Shown piece after piece: positions 36,326 through 51,700 of a DNA stretch of 64,000 nucleotides (within the stretch, counting starts at the first letter, position 1; each line of letters opens with the position of its first letter). The stretch is taken from assembly GCF_964204645.1 (NCBI RefSeq), contig NC_134032.1, positions 9,226,275-9,290,274 on the forward strand, read 5' to 3'. The DNA is from Tubulanus polymorphus. Lineage: Eukaryota; Animalia; Nemertea. The notes below the pieces were generated by a model. The model had not been told where the DNA came from. It ran no database searches and saw only the letters and a program-made list of their open reading frames with translations. The translations under genes were made by a program, and so were the position numbers.

Positions 36326-36783
36326 TTGTATTTTCTAAGCTGCCTATCTCTGTGAATTCTTAAATTTAAAAGGAATAGTCTTGGGCACTACAAATATAAG
36401 CAGGGCCGGATTCATACTAGAAGAAAGGGGATTTACCTCATATGAAAAGGGTACTTGATAGTTGTTGGGGGGTCTGGTGGTCCTACCTCAAAAAATTTCG
36501 AAATGTACATGTTTAAGCAGTTTTAGTACATATTACTGCTTTAAGCAGTACTGTGGAATTTTGTCATAGACCGAGATCAATGTCGGGTGGGATTTTTCAC
36601 TTGTGATTTTCAAAAGGGCACTTGGTCAGAAAAAGGGGTTTAAACCCCCTCTGGGTCTACCCCTGATGAGTTAGAGCTAAGATTTTTCTCAGGGGATCCC
36701 AATTACCCCTGACCTGGCACTTAACTTTAGTATTGAGCAACTATCCTATAAAATTTTCCAGTGACTGATGTAACACTACTGCA

Positions 36784-39700
36784 ATGGCCGAATTAGTTCG
36801 CACGAAGAAAAAAACGCCGAAGTCTAAAAAGCCACCACCAGGGGGCAGCGATGGAGCTAAACATGACCCCGGAACGTCATCACTACTGCGGAATGACGTG
36901 GAAACCGACCCCGTTTTAGAGAACCCCGAATCTCGAAATGACAACGCGAAAAACGATATTGCGGATATTTCTGAATCGGTGAATGAACAAAATTCGGAAA
37001 GCGGACAGAAAAACTCATCGCCGACGGAAAGCGTTTCGCCCGACGTTGAAAGCGGCGGCACTTCTAGTCTTTACAGCGACGCCGCGCAAAGTTTGTCCGA
37101 TTTAGATTTGAAAACTCGTGCAGCGAAGAATGGGACACCCGATGCGGAAGATCGACACGAGCCAGATGCCGAAATTTCGAGCGAATCGACGGACATTGAG
37201 AATACCGTCGACGAAGATGTGTCGAAAAATTCCGTCGGAAATTCGTTGACTAAAACCGGGAGTTTAGACTTGGATCCAAATCGTGCGAAAACTTTAGTTC
37301 CGGACTCGGATTCGGAGAACGGTAATGCTAAAACAAGTACGCCAGACTCGGATATGAATGAGATGAAAACACATGCTCCTGATTCTAATTTGGAGCACAA
37401 TAAAACTCGTAATGCGGACTGCGACATGAATCAAGCGCGAGTTTACACCGGTTTCAAGCGGAAAGAAAAAATTTGCCCGGACGACCGTTTCAAAATCAAA
37501 ACGAGCGGAACGCAAATTCAAACGGTCATGGAGGGTTCGTCGGGTGGTGCCACCGCCGCGTCGGGCGGTAGCTTCCTGAACGACTTCCTGAACAGTTTCG
37601 AGCAGGATTTCACCGCGCAGCCTCTGCCCGAGCCGGAGAAACCGCGCCCGAAATTAACGGTCGCCGTGACCAAGGACGTCGCGACAGCGGTCGCCGACCA
37701 GGAACCAGTCAAATCGAAAAAACGCGCCGATTCTACGGAGCCGCGTTACGACGTAACGGCGAAAAGCAAAGCTTTATTCCCGGTGATTAAAATCGTGAAA
37801 ACCGAAACGTTGGAGCCGTTCACGAGAGAACAGTTAAAGAGTTTATACTACAATCCGTTATTAGAGCAGAGAGACGCTTATGTAGATTACTTCTTTAATG
37901 TAAGTATAACTCACCAGCGGAACTGCCTCCATCTGCCATAACTTAGCAAAATTACCGGTATAGTGTCTACTTGCTGCAAATATTCAGTAGATTCCCGTCG
38001 AACTTTTGGGATAGTGAAAGTCTGTCCGAATTGATAGATCTATATTATCTATTTTATATCGGTGCTACAAAAATATCGAACAACCATCCACGTTGAATGG
38101 TTATCCAAGTTGATCCGATCCAACAATGATTTATTCTCCGGTCGTAGTTGATAACTGATAATTTCGACGCAGGTTGGAGCAAAATAATCAACGCGGTAAT
38201 TGAATCGGCGCGAAAATGTATCTCCGGTTTGAAGTATGGGGGCATTAAATTGTTGAAGCTCCATTAGAGTAATATACTTGAGTATATGCTTGATTCAAAA
38301 AACCGCCTAGATTCAAATCTTTCCGTTCTCCAGTTCTCTGCAGAGAAAATCTCCATATGGGGATCGTCTTATCAAAGCGGAGGCCCTGGTTTCAGGCATA
38401 ATAAATTAAACGCAAATTTATCATATACCTGGACTCAAAAGAATTCAACTCGCGAATAGAGTTAATATCTTCGTTAATTTCAGGATAGGCCTATCTTAAA
38501 CCGATTTAGAAGTCGATCATTTTAGTGAAACTGCGTAGCCATTATCCGTTGCGCTATAGATGTCATTGCTTACTTTTACCAATGCTACTGTTACCAGGTT
38601 CTGTGAATCTCCCCAAACTCAAAACTAAGACTAAAAAATTTTCTAAATCCTTATATGTGGACTTTCGCTTAACCAAGACCTACTTTGCCTGACCCAGTTA
38701 GTCCGAGTTAAACAAGGTTAGCTGTAGTTGTTAATCGTAATATATTTGTTTATCAATGTATGTGCAAGATTTTTCCAAATGTTGCTTTAATATGTCCACT
38801 GGTCCTACATAATTGAAAGGACATCCCCAAGCCTAAAGGCTGTACCAAAAAAGGGGTAATGCCTTAGAAATGAAAAAAGAAAACAAAACAAGTTTTTCCC
38901 TGAAGTTGTTGTGGATTGTTTATGTTTCGATTTAAGCCTCATCGTTTTCGATTCGCGATTTCAGAGTGTATTATTGGATCAGCATGAATTCTATGAGATC
39001 GTACACGCGTACTACCGAGCAAGGGTCAGTCTCGTGAAAGGGGAGGATGACGTAAAAGCTCTTCAAGCTGACATCACGCGGCATCAGGATCGAGTGTGGA
39101 CCGTAGAAAAATGCTGGACACTTGTTTATGTGAGTTATCTATGTGTATTTGGGGAGAGAGGGGTCGTTGAGGAGGGGGCGAGCGTGGTTTGTTTTTTGCA
39201 GGCACCTCGACTAGGCTATGATTTGCTGCTGGAGTTTGGGTAAAGATGATGAGGGATGCAGGGAAAGGACAGGGACAGACAGAGAGGGAAAGATATGAGA
39301 AAAAGTGGGTAGACAGACAAGAAGGTTGAAGCAGAGTGGAGGGAGAGAAGATAGGGAGGGTAGGAAACCGAGAGGTAAGGAGGAGAAAGGATAATTAGGT
39401 AAGAAGGAAGGAGAGGTAGTGTAGAGAGCCAGAGAGAAAAGGAGGGGAAGGGAGACAAGTAGGATTATGGAAGAGATCGAGAATGGGGAGAGAAGGGGAA
39501 GGGGAGAATGACCAGCACTCCGAACCTGATGAATATGAAATATACGTCATGAGCCTGAACAAATTTCTTTCTTGACTTTTCCAGGGTGTGTGTCAAGATG
39601 GCGGCAAAGTCAGTCAAAACTTCGAGTACATGAAAGCCGTTTACAGCCAGGTAGCGCTGAACAACGTCTGCCAAACGCAGCGCAAACTGCAGCAGATTCT

Positions 39701-42700
39701 GCAGGAAGATTTAGCGCTGTATACGTACTCGGCGTCGACCGCTCGGTTACAGGTCGAGTCTTATGTACACTCGCTTTATCTAAAGTGTTCCGAATTGCGC
39801 GGTATACCTCCGAACGCACCCGTACAAGGTTAGTATCCGTGGTACCCTTAAACTACCGTCGACTCGTTGATCTTTTTAGAAAAGCCAACCCTTGTCTGAC
39901 TTGGAAACGATATCGCAGTCAGATGTTACAGTAGACTATAATGTAAGCGTATCGGACCTTATTAGAATAGTAAAGATTTGTCTGACTTGAGAATGAAATC
40001 TGAGGTTGATATACAGGGTCCCTATGACTCCTTGATTCCTTGACAGCTCCCGAATCAAAACTTTTTTTTGATATCCTTGAATTTTAGCAGAATGCCCAAA
40101 AGTCCTTGAAAACTCCTTGAATTATGAGAAATTGGCAATTAGATAATTGTTTAGATTTTAGGCCGAGTTCCACCGAATTTGATGGTTTACCTAGATAAAC
40201 AGTACTGATTTAGAGGGAGTCTAACCGTAATTGGGATATGTAAGTGATGCAGACACTTCCTCGAACTTTGAAATTTTCTCCTTGAAAAGTCCTTGAATTC
40301 TGGAGTGACTGATCAGTAGGGACCCTGTAATACATATACACAGACTCTGCTCAAGTCGAATCTTTCTAGAAAAGTGAACATTTGTCGGACTTGAGAATGT
40401 TTGATGGTAGAATAGATTCCACTCTAGCTGGATCTTATTAGAGAAGTGAACATTTGTCAAACTTGAAAACTATATCTCAGCTGGATAGTTCAGTAGATTC
40501 CACGCATGTTGGATCCTTTTAGAAAATTTAACATTAGTCTGAGTGATATTTGAATTGGATGGTATATTAGAATGACATTAGACTGACTCTGCTGTGCTCC
40601 AATCTTTTCAGACAAATGTGTTCCGACTTGAGATTGGTATCTAAGTTAGATAATCTTTATCATTCGCATTTCAGCCTCCATGTTGTCTGTGAGAAGTGAT
40701 TCCGATCTTGGCCAACAGATGGCATGGTTGAAAGAATGCATATCGGTTTTGTTCATGTTCCACCGAAAACCGTGTAAAGACCAACAATTTCTGAACGATG
40801 TGCAAAAATGGACAACGCAACTCGTAAGTGTGGTTTCCAATGGCTCCTTGGCAATTTGGTTTTGTTGTGTTGATTTCGTTGCGTAAAATGTGAACAAACC
40901 ATAAACTTAATCCATTTCAAGTACAATACATCAATATCTGCAGCCTGTATCCTGTGTTCTGACTGAAAATTTGAAGAATGGTAGTTCACAAGAATGTCTA
41001 AGACTCGATTCTGTAGGCCTATCTATCACCATTCTCATGGTCCTTACTTCACATATATTCAGTACATCACCTGAGACTACTTAATTGAAAATGAACTGTG
41101 GAAAAATGCCAGATATTATACTTTTTTCATCAGCCAACTTTAAAAAAAAATGATCTTCACTTAGGATATTTTTCATTGAAAATGAACCTCCAACACAACA
41201 CATTAGACATTTACAGAGAAGTTTCAAAAAGTATTCTGCAATTCACACTTCAAATTACGAAAAGATCAAAGGGTGGTTCAGGGGTTGCATATTGATAACA
41301 TACCTACGTAAGTTTTTGTGAAAACTTATTCTAGAAGTAATTGATTTTAACAGGTGTCGACGTTGTTGCGAGTTGCGTGTTTGGAAGACCACGTGTTCAT
41401 CATAAATCACGTATTACGTTGTCCGGGCGGCATCAAAAACTGGGCGGTTCCTTTCGTACAAGTGTTGCCGCCTACGCTGCCGGCGAACCCGATATTATTC
41501 GCGAGTCCACTACTCGATCATTGTGTGGTGATTTTAGCGTCTGTTTTACTGCCAATCAGGTGAGTACTGCTGTTTATTCCATTCACTACATCCTCCCTCG
41601 GCAGGGGTTCGAACCCGATGGCATCACTACACACAGCCATCACATGAAACCCTGTCACACTTGACTAGGTGCACAGGTACGACGTACGTGTACATGCATT
41701 CGTGCACATGTGACCATTATATTGTGTATGTTATGTATTCGTAGACAGAGGGAAGAGTTTTTATCACAGATGAAAGTGTTGCAATCACCGGATGTATCGA
41801 CCACGCCCACTCAGCCGTGGATCCTCGTCGACGAGGACGGAGAGGAAGATGAGGATCCGGAGAACAGCTGGCAGATGTTACACGAGAACGACATCGTCGC
41901 GTTACTCGATCAGATTCCCTTCGACGCAATCATGCGACAAGTTTTACTCATTACTGCCGACAACGGTGAGTACGAGTAAATTGAGTAATTATAATTTTAA
42001 AAAAAACACCGCATAATTGAATATCGCGCAATTGTAAAATATTGAACATTGATTAATGAATATTGAACATTGAATACTGAACACTGTAGGCCTATATGGT
42101 ATGATCAGTCATTGAATACAGATCATAGAATACCGTAAAAACAATGCTAAATATTGAATACTTAGGATTATTGGTTCTGCTCGTCGCTTCCTCACGCAGA
42201 ACTCAGCAAAAATGTTAACGCAGTCTTTAGTTCTGTCGTGATTAGACTATTGCAATAGCTGCTTGTATGATATCAGTGATTATCTTCTTCATAGACTCCA
42301 ACTTGTGCAAAATAGAGCTGCTAGGATTATTACACTCACTAAGTCACGTGATCACATCTCTCCGATTCTCCGTTCACTTCATTGGCTACCAGTACGCAAA
42401 CAGATCTTATTTAAAGTTGCTTTGCTGGTTTTTAAGTGCCTCCATAACCTGGCACCCTCTTACCTCTCCAGCCTGTTAACAGGTTACAGACCAGTCCGAA
42501 CACTTCGTTCCGGGTCGCAGAACCTTTTGTTAGTCAGATCATGTCGTCTTAAGTCATTCGGCGGACGCGCATTTGAGACATTTGCACCTACAGCGTGGAA
42601 CTCCCTTCCGCAACCTCTCCGTGATATTGACTCTCTGCCAGCATTCAAAGCACAGCTCAAGACATTTCTGTTCAAGTCACCATCTTCGTCTGGAGAGCGC

Positions 42701-45700
42701 CTTTGATAATAGCCCTGCTATTTACAAGGCGCTATAGAAATTTACAACCCTATCCCTATCCCTAATACTTAACTAAGAACTTGGATATTTAGTACTGCAC
42801 ATCGATTTTTGGACAATCAATATTGAATACTGAACCATGAACGTTGAACATTGAATAGTGAACAAAGAACATTGGATATTGGATACTGATAAAACGTTAC
42901 TGAATACTGAAATGGAAAACTGAACAATGAATGTTGAATATTGAATAATTGGACATTGGAGAAATTGGATACTTTAAAATCAACATTGAATATTGAATAA
43001 ACTCATTTGATACTGTACAACGAACATTGAATATTAAACATTTGAATATTGAACATCGAATACTTCACAACCCCTGCAATCTGGTTTCTTATGTAGCAAA
43101 CGAGAACGGTTACGTATCTTGGTGTTTTGTTGTTTATAGGTGACGTCGAACAGGGCGTATATCTATCGAGTCGTACGTCAGAGAACGGGATGTTGCAGTT
43201 GATCGCGTTCTCATCCTGTCTGATCGATCTGTGCGGCGAGGGATTACGCAATTACAACCTCGGCCGCTATCGGCAACTCAACAAACGAATCGGTCGCATG
43301 ATCAGGTGCGTATCAACGTGTACAAATTTTCCATGACGAATGTAGATGTTTCCGGGACCCTCCACAAAAAATCGATGACTTCATACACGCCCTTATGATA
43401 TTGTCATATTTCTCTCATATTATGGACTTCGTACTTGAGAAAAGATGACTACCTTCTTAAATCCCCAACGATGTCATCAAATTACCTCTCTAAGATGGTT
43501 GCCCCCATAAATCCCCTTTAACATTAGGGAGCGTCCAAAAAATACGTACCTCTAATCGGGGGAGGGGGTTACTGAATTTTAGTACAGAGTGGTACATGGG
43601 GGAGAGGGGTTGGAAAAAAAGGTACGTACTTTGAGGGAGGGGGTATTAATCAATCTTGGTACGTACTTTTTGCACCAAACTCAAATGAAAATAGCCGATA
43701 CTGGTGTTTTATCGGCTTTTAGTGACTTGTTCAAGTGACTTGTAGTAGACTTCAACTGGGGATTCCCCATACCAGGTACCAGTATCGATCTTACACGCAC
43801 TTGTTGGAATCAGGTATTTATATTATTATGTTTTATTTTGATTTGTGTTCTTTGCGTCAATATAATTGGGGGTGGGGGATGGTCATAGGTACCATGGTAT
43901 GTACGAGGGGTCAGTTAATTTGGTACAAAGGTGGCACAAGGGGGAGGGGGCTCAGAAAAACGGGAGATTTTGAGGTAAGTAATTTCTGGACGCTCCCTTA
44001 CTAAACCTTCAAGAAACCGTTGGCCTATTAGATGGCCGTTTCTATAAAGCCCCATATGACATCATCCGTTTCTCAATAGATAAGTCTTAAAAAGATGACG
44101 TCACAATTTCCTTACGTGCTTTTCGTAGGCATATAATACAGTATATGACTGATCACTGGTTGAACGTACGTCATCACATAACCAACAAAGAAATCAGCGA
44201 ACGAATACAGTTAGAATACGATCAGATGTTTATGAGAGCGACGCAGTGCATTCTCAAAGCTAACAGGTAAGAGATGAGTGGGCTAGTAGGCAATGGTCAG
44301 GGTTTATGAGTACGTATGTACAGGAAGGGGCTTCATGATGATTCTTAAGGGGCTATGCAGTGGTCAGAGTTGAAGAATATCTAGAGACAGGGAGGCGCTG
44401 CAGAGTGGATGCTGTTTATAGCCAAGAGGTAGAATTGACATAGTTGAAATTTTCAAATGAAATTTTCTATTTGACGCTGTGAGTAAAATTTCAAATCAGA
44501 ATCCGGTTGCACGGTACTTAAAAGTAGAGTTAGATCTGCATTGACGTAGATCATTTCTCGATGAGTTAAAAGTCGGAAAAATCTGAACTCTGGAACTTGG
44601 TCCATAACTTTTCCCTAAAGAATAAAGCCTTCAGGGCAATTTGATGATGTCACAATGATTTTGAAGAGCTACTCATATTTAACCCTTTCAGTGCTGACTG
44701 ATTAATACCCTATAGTGCTGGAGATTGATTTGAAAATTTTGAAAAATTCCACCCTTGTGTGTTGAATAACGGGAATACCGCTAAAGTGCGTCTACACCAT
44801 GGAGCAGTGTATCGTTAGTTACTAATATTTCACTATGTTTGACAGGTGCTGCCATCTTTTAATAGGGATAAAAACAAATTACTAATTACATCAATACACC
44901 GCAGTGCGGTGTACTAGCAAAATCTGTCACTGATTCATACACTGTGCTGCGGTGTAGACGCATTGAAAGGGTTAAAAAGCGATGTACGTATTTGAATTGC
45001 GTTTTCAGATTGGGTTCGTGGCAGTTCATGGCCGAAATGCCGTACACGTGCGTTTCGATGACGATGCTGTGGCGTCTGATGGCGATCATGCATTTCGATT
45101 CGTCGGACGTGTCGCACGCCAATCTCGCCGACGTCGACGATAAACTTCAATTCGAAGAGAAGCTGACGTCACTGCCGATCTCCGAATGTATCTACCTGTT
45201 GACGACATTCGCTCACATGGCTCGCTCGCGTCTCGCTCGTAACGACCTCGATTTCATCAAGGCCGTCGCCATCGAAATATTTGAGGTAAGGAACTTCTGG
45301 GATCCAGTTCCGCAGTTGTGAGTTAGAGTGAATTTTGAGTTGAAGTTAGGTCGTTTTCAATGAGTTAACTCTTAAGTCGAATCTGAACTCTAGAACGGGG
45401 TCCTAGGGTCGAATGTTGGTGAAGCTAAACCGACCCCTGTATTAACTTTCACTCCGCAGGGGCTGGTTTTTTCAGCGGCAAAGGGTTACAGTTAAAATCA
45501 GAGCCTGATTACATTTGGAAAATAGATGCAACACGGCCGAATATAGATTGAATACCATAGGATATCCAGGAAGAAAGACACTCTAAATATTTGGATGGAT
45601 ATATGAAAGCTGTGGGTACTGGAGTGTGTAATGGGTAGTGTAGTGTGATCTGTGTGCATTTGTGGCCAGCACACAGATCACATTGTTCAATGGGGTTTGG

Positions 45701-48700
45701 TCCAGGACTCGCGAGATTTTCAACAACACGGAAGTAACGTGTAATAAATGATGACTTGAATTGCATGACTACCTACCACCCCTCATTATTGTTGGAAAAC
45801 TAAACGTTCGGCACTGACTAAAAATTAGTAATAACATTTTAGAAATGGCCAGAGTTTTAACTTAGGTTCTATCTCATTTTTATTTTACAATTGCGATTGG
45901 TATAAATTTTTTTTAGACGGCCGTTAAGGCTTCATGTTTCGTCTGCAATTCACTGCAAATAGTTACGCAACTACGCACATTTCAGTGTTTTTGGCAGCTG
46001 TACACTCAATCGGCACCGTTCGTGACTAGCTTCACTGCGGAATTATCATTAATTAACATCGCCATATCACATCATCAACTTATATTGTGCCTTAAAACCC
46101 TAACAGCCGAAATAATTGAAATGTACACACGATTTCTATCATTGAAAATTGAGAGAGTGGCCATGTTTGTGTTTGCTGCTTCGCGTAAATCCCGCGCGGT
46201 GGCGCAACTGCGCGGAGTGGGGCCGATACTTCTAGAAAAGAATTTCCGTAGTATGAATACATTTAAACGAACACAGCTCCAAAACACACACAACTGTAAT
46301 GAAATGATTTTTCATTGGAACCAAAATTTTCTAGTTCATTTTCGAAAGAAGTCTGGAAAGTGAAAAATTGTTGATCCAGATGTTTTGCTGTGATAGTGTT
46401 CATTATCAACTAGTTTGTCATAAATGTACACCATACATGGTTGATTACTGGGTAGTTCTGTTGAATGGTTATGCGTATGTATTGTGAATGACTTGAGTAA
46501 GCGCCAGGCAGTGTGATGCCCAAGGTTCAAACGTGTCCATGGAACACTACTCCACTGCGGATATCTTGCCTAGAACCGAAAGCTTGTAGAGAGTTTTTAC
46601 AGTATTTTCAACTTCGTTTTCTTTTTTTCAGATTTCGTACGTCAGTTCTCATACGCGGGATTTATGTTCTAAAGTTGGACTGGAATTGCTGTCATCGATC
46701 TCCACTGAACATACGTTCATTATGTCGCTGTTACTTCACATTACGAAAGACGTTATTGATAAAATTGGAAATGTAAGTTTCCAAACATGAATTGAAAATA
46801 TTTTGGTTATGCGCGTATTAAACCACTGCCAGGCCACCACCCACTCAAACAAATTAACACATAAAAATTGTTAATGTTTGGAGGGGTAAGGACTTGCCGA
46901 CTTTGTATTGATTAGTACCATTTCGAGTACCCAAACTACGGAAGTTGGTATCTACTGAGGTGAAAAGAGTAAGCATAAATTGAAACATGATCAGAATTTG
47001 TTTACATCATCAAATTTGACCCAAGTCAAGGTGTTTACTGTTAACAGTTCTAAATTAATGGAAAAAATAAACTAGATTTAACCCTAAAATGAAAACTAGG
47101 AACTCTACTAATGAAAAAGGTTTTTAAAAGTTCCATGAATTTCCAATTTACTGATATTCAAATTTCATTGTATCATCTGGTCATTAGATGGCGCTGTATC
47201 TATTCAAAGAGCTACCGTTCCATATTTGGCAACCGGATGAACTGGACCGTAATCTGTTGTATAAGTGGATTGTGGACTCGGATATCGGATCAGTGGAAAG
47301 TCAACTGGCGAGATTGGTGATATCTTCGATCAACTGGGGTTATACCCAACAGGTCTGTAACTGGTTCTTACATGGTAAATAAGTAAGGAATCCATATATT
47401 TTGAAAATGTTAAGTGTACAACACCCAGGTTGTTGTTTAGTTATTTGGATATGGGTGGGTGCTGAAATTGAGAAAAGGGGCATCCAAAACTTGTTATCAG
47501 TGCACATCAAGGTATGGGTACATGAAGGTTGAGCGCCGTTGCAAAATCTTATTCGGGCGTCCTTCTCCAAGAGAACTTGAAAAAGTGAAGTCCAGGGGCC
47601 AGTTCCATAGTCTTGGCTTAGACTTATGACCATGTTAGTTCTATAGCCAATCTAACAACTTAAGACCAATCTTAAGACTTAAGCCCACTTATGCACTTAA
47701 GTTTCGACTGTGGAACCGGCCCCTGAAGACATGTGAAGTGTGAATGATCCTGGTTGCAGATTGATACACCCGCATAAATGTGTGATTGTTTGTTTGTTTT
47801 GCAGCACGATCATTTAGCTGTTAAGTTGTCCATTCACCGCTGGATGGCTTTATTGTTGGTCGAAGTATCCCAGAAAAGACTGAAACAAGGCAGTTTTCTC
47901 GCCGGGGTAAGGAAAAAAAGAATCTCCGTGGACGGTGTTATGGTTTGATTTCTGCCCGTTGGTTATAGATTGTATTGTATTTGACAGGTCACTGCTGCCT
48001 TGCGTCAAACCCCGACCGGTGAACAACACTTCTCCGATTGGCTGTGGGAAATCGCGTTGCTTCTGCATCTCCATAGCAACAGCCAACCTCAACTGCTGCT
48101 GGGGCAGACGTCAGAATTTCAGGCGCTTGACTTCAATAAAGATGAAAGCGCATCACTGCTTAGATCAACCGCATTGGAAAATAATACATTATCTTGTTAC
48201 CTAGCGCTAGTAGCAACATCTGTAGGACACGAGTAAGTCGAAACGTCTGGGGCCAATTGCTTGAAAGTTGGTTGTAGTGAACCGGTTGATAGTTGACAAT
48301 GACAATTAAAAGTTCATTGTTACCATGGTTGTAAATAGTTCAGACTATTTCCAGTCTTGAGAGAAACCTATAATATAAATTTCAACAACTGTTCATTTCT
48401 TACGCTAGTATGGTATTCACCGGTTATCTTTAACCAACTTTTGAGGGACTGGCCCCTGGATATGAACAATCTTGTTCCACCCTCTCAAAACTCCTTATGA
48501 TTTCTGTTCGTGATATCGTCAAAACCTCATTGTTCTCATTCAGCTCAGCTCGGGACTTAACTTTCTGCATGAACTCATAATGAGTTTTCTAAAGAAGAGC
48601 AGTCTGTCCTACAATGACTTACTGTGATGTTTTCTTAATCATAACACATTTTCTCTTTGTTTCAACTTGTAACGACTTTTCTTTCTAAGTACGATCTTAT

Positions 48701-51700
48701 CAGCAAGACCTAGAGGTATGGTCTAGAATTTTTTCTAGAAGGGCTGCTTTCTCTGTGAGATTTCATCGTTAGATAGTTTCAGATATAACATGTTTTCTTT
48801 TGAATGACTTACTCTACTATGAAAACTTTTATCTATATATTTTTCAGTTGTGATGACTTTTGTTTAGAAGGCCTACCGTTTCTACAAGAACTCATTAATC
48901 GTTACATGTATCGCGCAGTCATACAAGTTTTATACTACATTCTGCCATTACACTACGACAATCCAACTTATCTAACCGAAAATCAAAGGTAGGCTTTGTG
49001 TCCTGCCCCACCTCAATTACATTATCTTTAATTAAAAAGTAAAGCTTGGCCCAACTTATTAATATGAATATTTTTATAGGTTTCAAGGTATTTTGTCGCT
49101 GTTATTGAATGCTGATCTAACCTACACTAAAATGGCCAAGAATTTGATATTTTCTGACCTGCCTGGCCAGTTCACTAAAATGACCATGTCTATGATTCAG
49201 GTAGGTAAAAGATGAAAGCATTTATTGTGAGCCACTTCCCTTCAAATTTTCTTGCAGTTGTACCGGTACATGTCAGATACAGATATACATACATGATGTC
49301 ATAAGATGCTGGAAAACGGGTACATGCATAGACAAACATGTAGATATAAGATATAAACATAGAGACGAATATGTCAATGTCAGATGAAGACAAACATGTT
49401 CATGTAAGATGAAGACAAACATGTACATGTTAGATGTAAAAAACATGTACGTGTAAGATGTGGACAAACATGTACATGCCAGATTTAGTCAAACATGTAC
49501 ATTTCAGATGTAGACAAATATGTACATGTTAGCTGAATGAAAACCTGTGCATGTCAGATGCGGATAAGATAAAGAAAACTTGTGCATGGATCTAGACAAA
49601 CATGTGTTTGTCGTGAAACAATAATTACTGATGATATTAATTGTTTCATAATTTTCTAGAATCAGTTGTGTTTATCCGATGCTCCGGGACGTTCGGGAGT
49701 GACGCCTGTCGTATCGTTCTGGACGAAATGTTTGACGCAGCTTCCGAAATGGCAGACGGACCGCAACGTCTGCTACATACTAGACACGATCTTACAAACG
49801 AGTTTCTTACGAGAATCGACTCATGCAGTTATACAGAATCTATTCTATGAATTGTTCACGGTAAAATTCCTTCAATAATATCTCTTCAAATATGTGTTAG
49901 ATTTCCTTCAAAATATCTTTCAAATTCATTCAAATTGGAGTTGTTCGCAGTAAGCTATTCCTTTATGATATGAAAACATGTAAATTAGATACTTGAGAAT
50001 TTGACAATCTGCAAAATGGCCCCAATAATCTTAAGGTTCGCAATTTGATCCTTTGAAATTTGCTGAAATAGATATCTGCAATATGATCTTTTTAGCCCAC
50101 TTGGGACTTTAGTCCCAGCGGGCTATTGCGTTCACTTTTCGTCCGTCGTCCGTCCGTCCGTCCGTAGACGGAATCCAGTTATTTTGGGAAGTTTTGAAGA
50201 TGCTTCAAGGTAATGTCTTGATATTTGGGTTACACATGTATCTACCCTAGACACATCTTCAGCCCAAAAACTGGCCCTGTCAGAATCAAAATGGCCGACT
50301 GGCAGCCATTGTTGTTCGCCAAAATCAGCACTTTTTACACATTTTTGAACTTTTTGAGGGAAATTTTGAAGACGCTTTGATCAATTACCTTGATCTTTCG
50401 GGTATATGTGAATCCCCCCAGGGCCCATCAACATAACAAAAATTGGGTCGGTCGGACTCAAGATGGCCGTCCTATGACCTTTTTAGTGCCCAAAAATGTT
50501 AATTTTGGCCCGAATTCTGAGTCCTGTAGCTTCCTACTGGTTTGCCATTTCTCATTACAATTTGTGATGGGTGTTCTTTGGAAAGGGATATTTTATACCT
50601 GAGACAGGTATTTTTCAACAGCCAATTATGACGCAATTGGCGGCCATCTTGGTGTCACCAGTACTCATTCGTAAGTGGGAAAAAGTTTTTCCACATTATA
50701 TTGATACCTAAGCGTATTTTGCAATCAATTAGAAAGTTGTAGCTCATAACGTGTTCTATGATTGTGGTGAGTTTCAAGGTAATTGGAATTCGTATATGGC
50801 CACCAGGGGGCGTTGAATAATACAATATCTTAGCATTTCTTTATTATATTCGTACCTATGAATATTTTGTAACCACAATCAATTGGAAAGTTGTAGCTCA
50901 TGACATCATCTATAATTGTTGCGAGTTTTAAGGACATAAGTTTTTCTATATGGTCACCAGGGGGCGTTGAATAGTAGAATAACTTAGTATTTCCTTATTA
51001 TATTGGTACCTAGGCATATTTTGTTACCATGATCAATTGCAAAGTTGTAGTTCATGACATGTTCTATGATTGTGGTGAGTTTCGAGGTCATTGGGTTTTG
51101 AATATGGTCACCAGGGGGCGTTGAATAGTAGAATGACTTAGTATTTCCATATTAGATTGGTAACGAGGCATATTTTAAGGTCATTGGTTTTTGTAAATGG
51201 TCACCAGGGGGCTTTGAATATTGAAATTGTTAGATTGTTGAGCATTTGAAACCACTTCCTAAGTGGGCATGGTGTCCCTGGACCCCTAGTTTCATCTTGA
51301 TTATCTGCAAAATGACCCATTAGAATTTTGAAATATGCAATTTGTGCAATTCATATGACCCTTTAAAATTTTGACCTCTATAAATTTTAAAATCTGCTAA
51401 ATTACCCACTAGAATTTGCGAAATCTGCCGCTAGAATTTACAAAATCTGATATATAACCTTTTAGAATTTGCAAAATCCTTCCGAAATTTACAAAATTGG
51501 AAACCGATCCCTTGAAATTTGCAAAATCTGTAGTGACCCTTTTATATTTTGGAAACCTGCAAAATAGGCTCTTCATGAGTTTGTGAATCGTGGCAGAGAA
51601 ACTAAATATTTCCACTGCATTGTATTTCAGACATTTCTAGCCAATCAAAGACCGGGATCCGGTCTCGTGTCGGTGGTATCGTGGCTCGCGACCGGTAACG

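Noticed and set aside
42745-42765. Interstitial telomere repeat
   Set aside because: The unit is CCCTAT, only about three copies, and it forms the LINE 3' tail.
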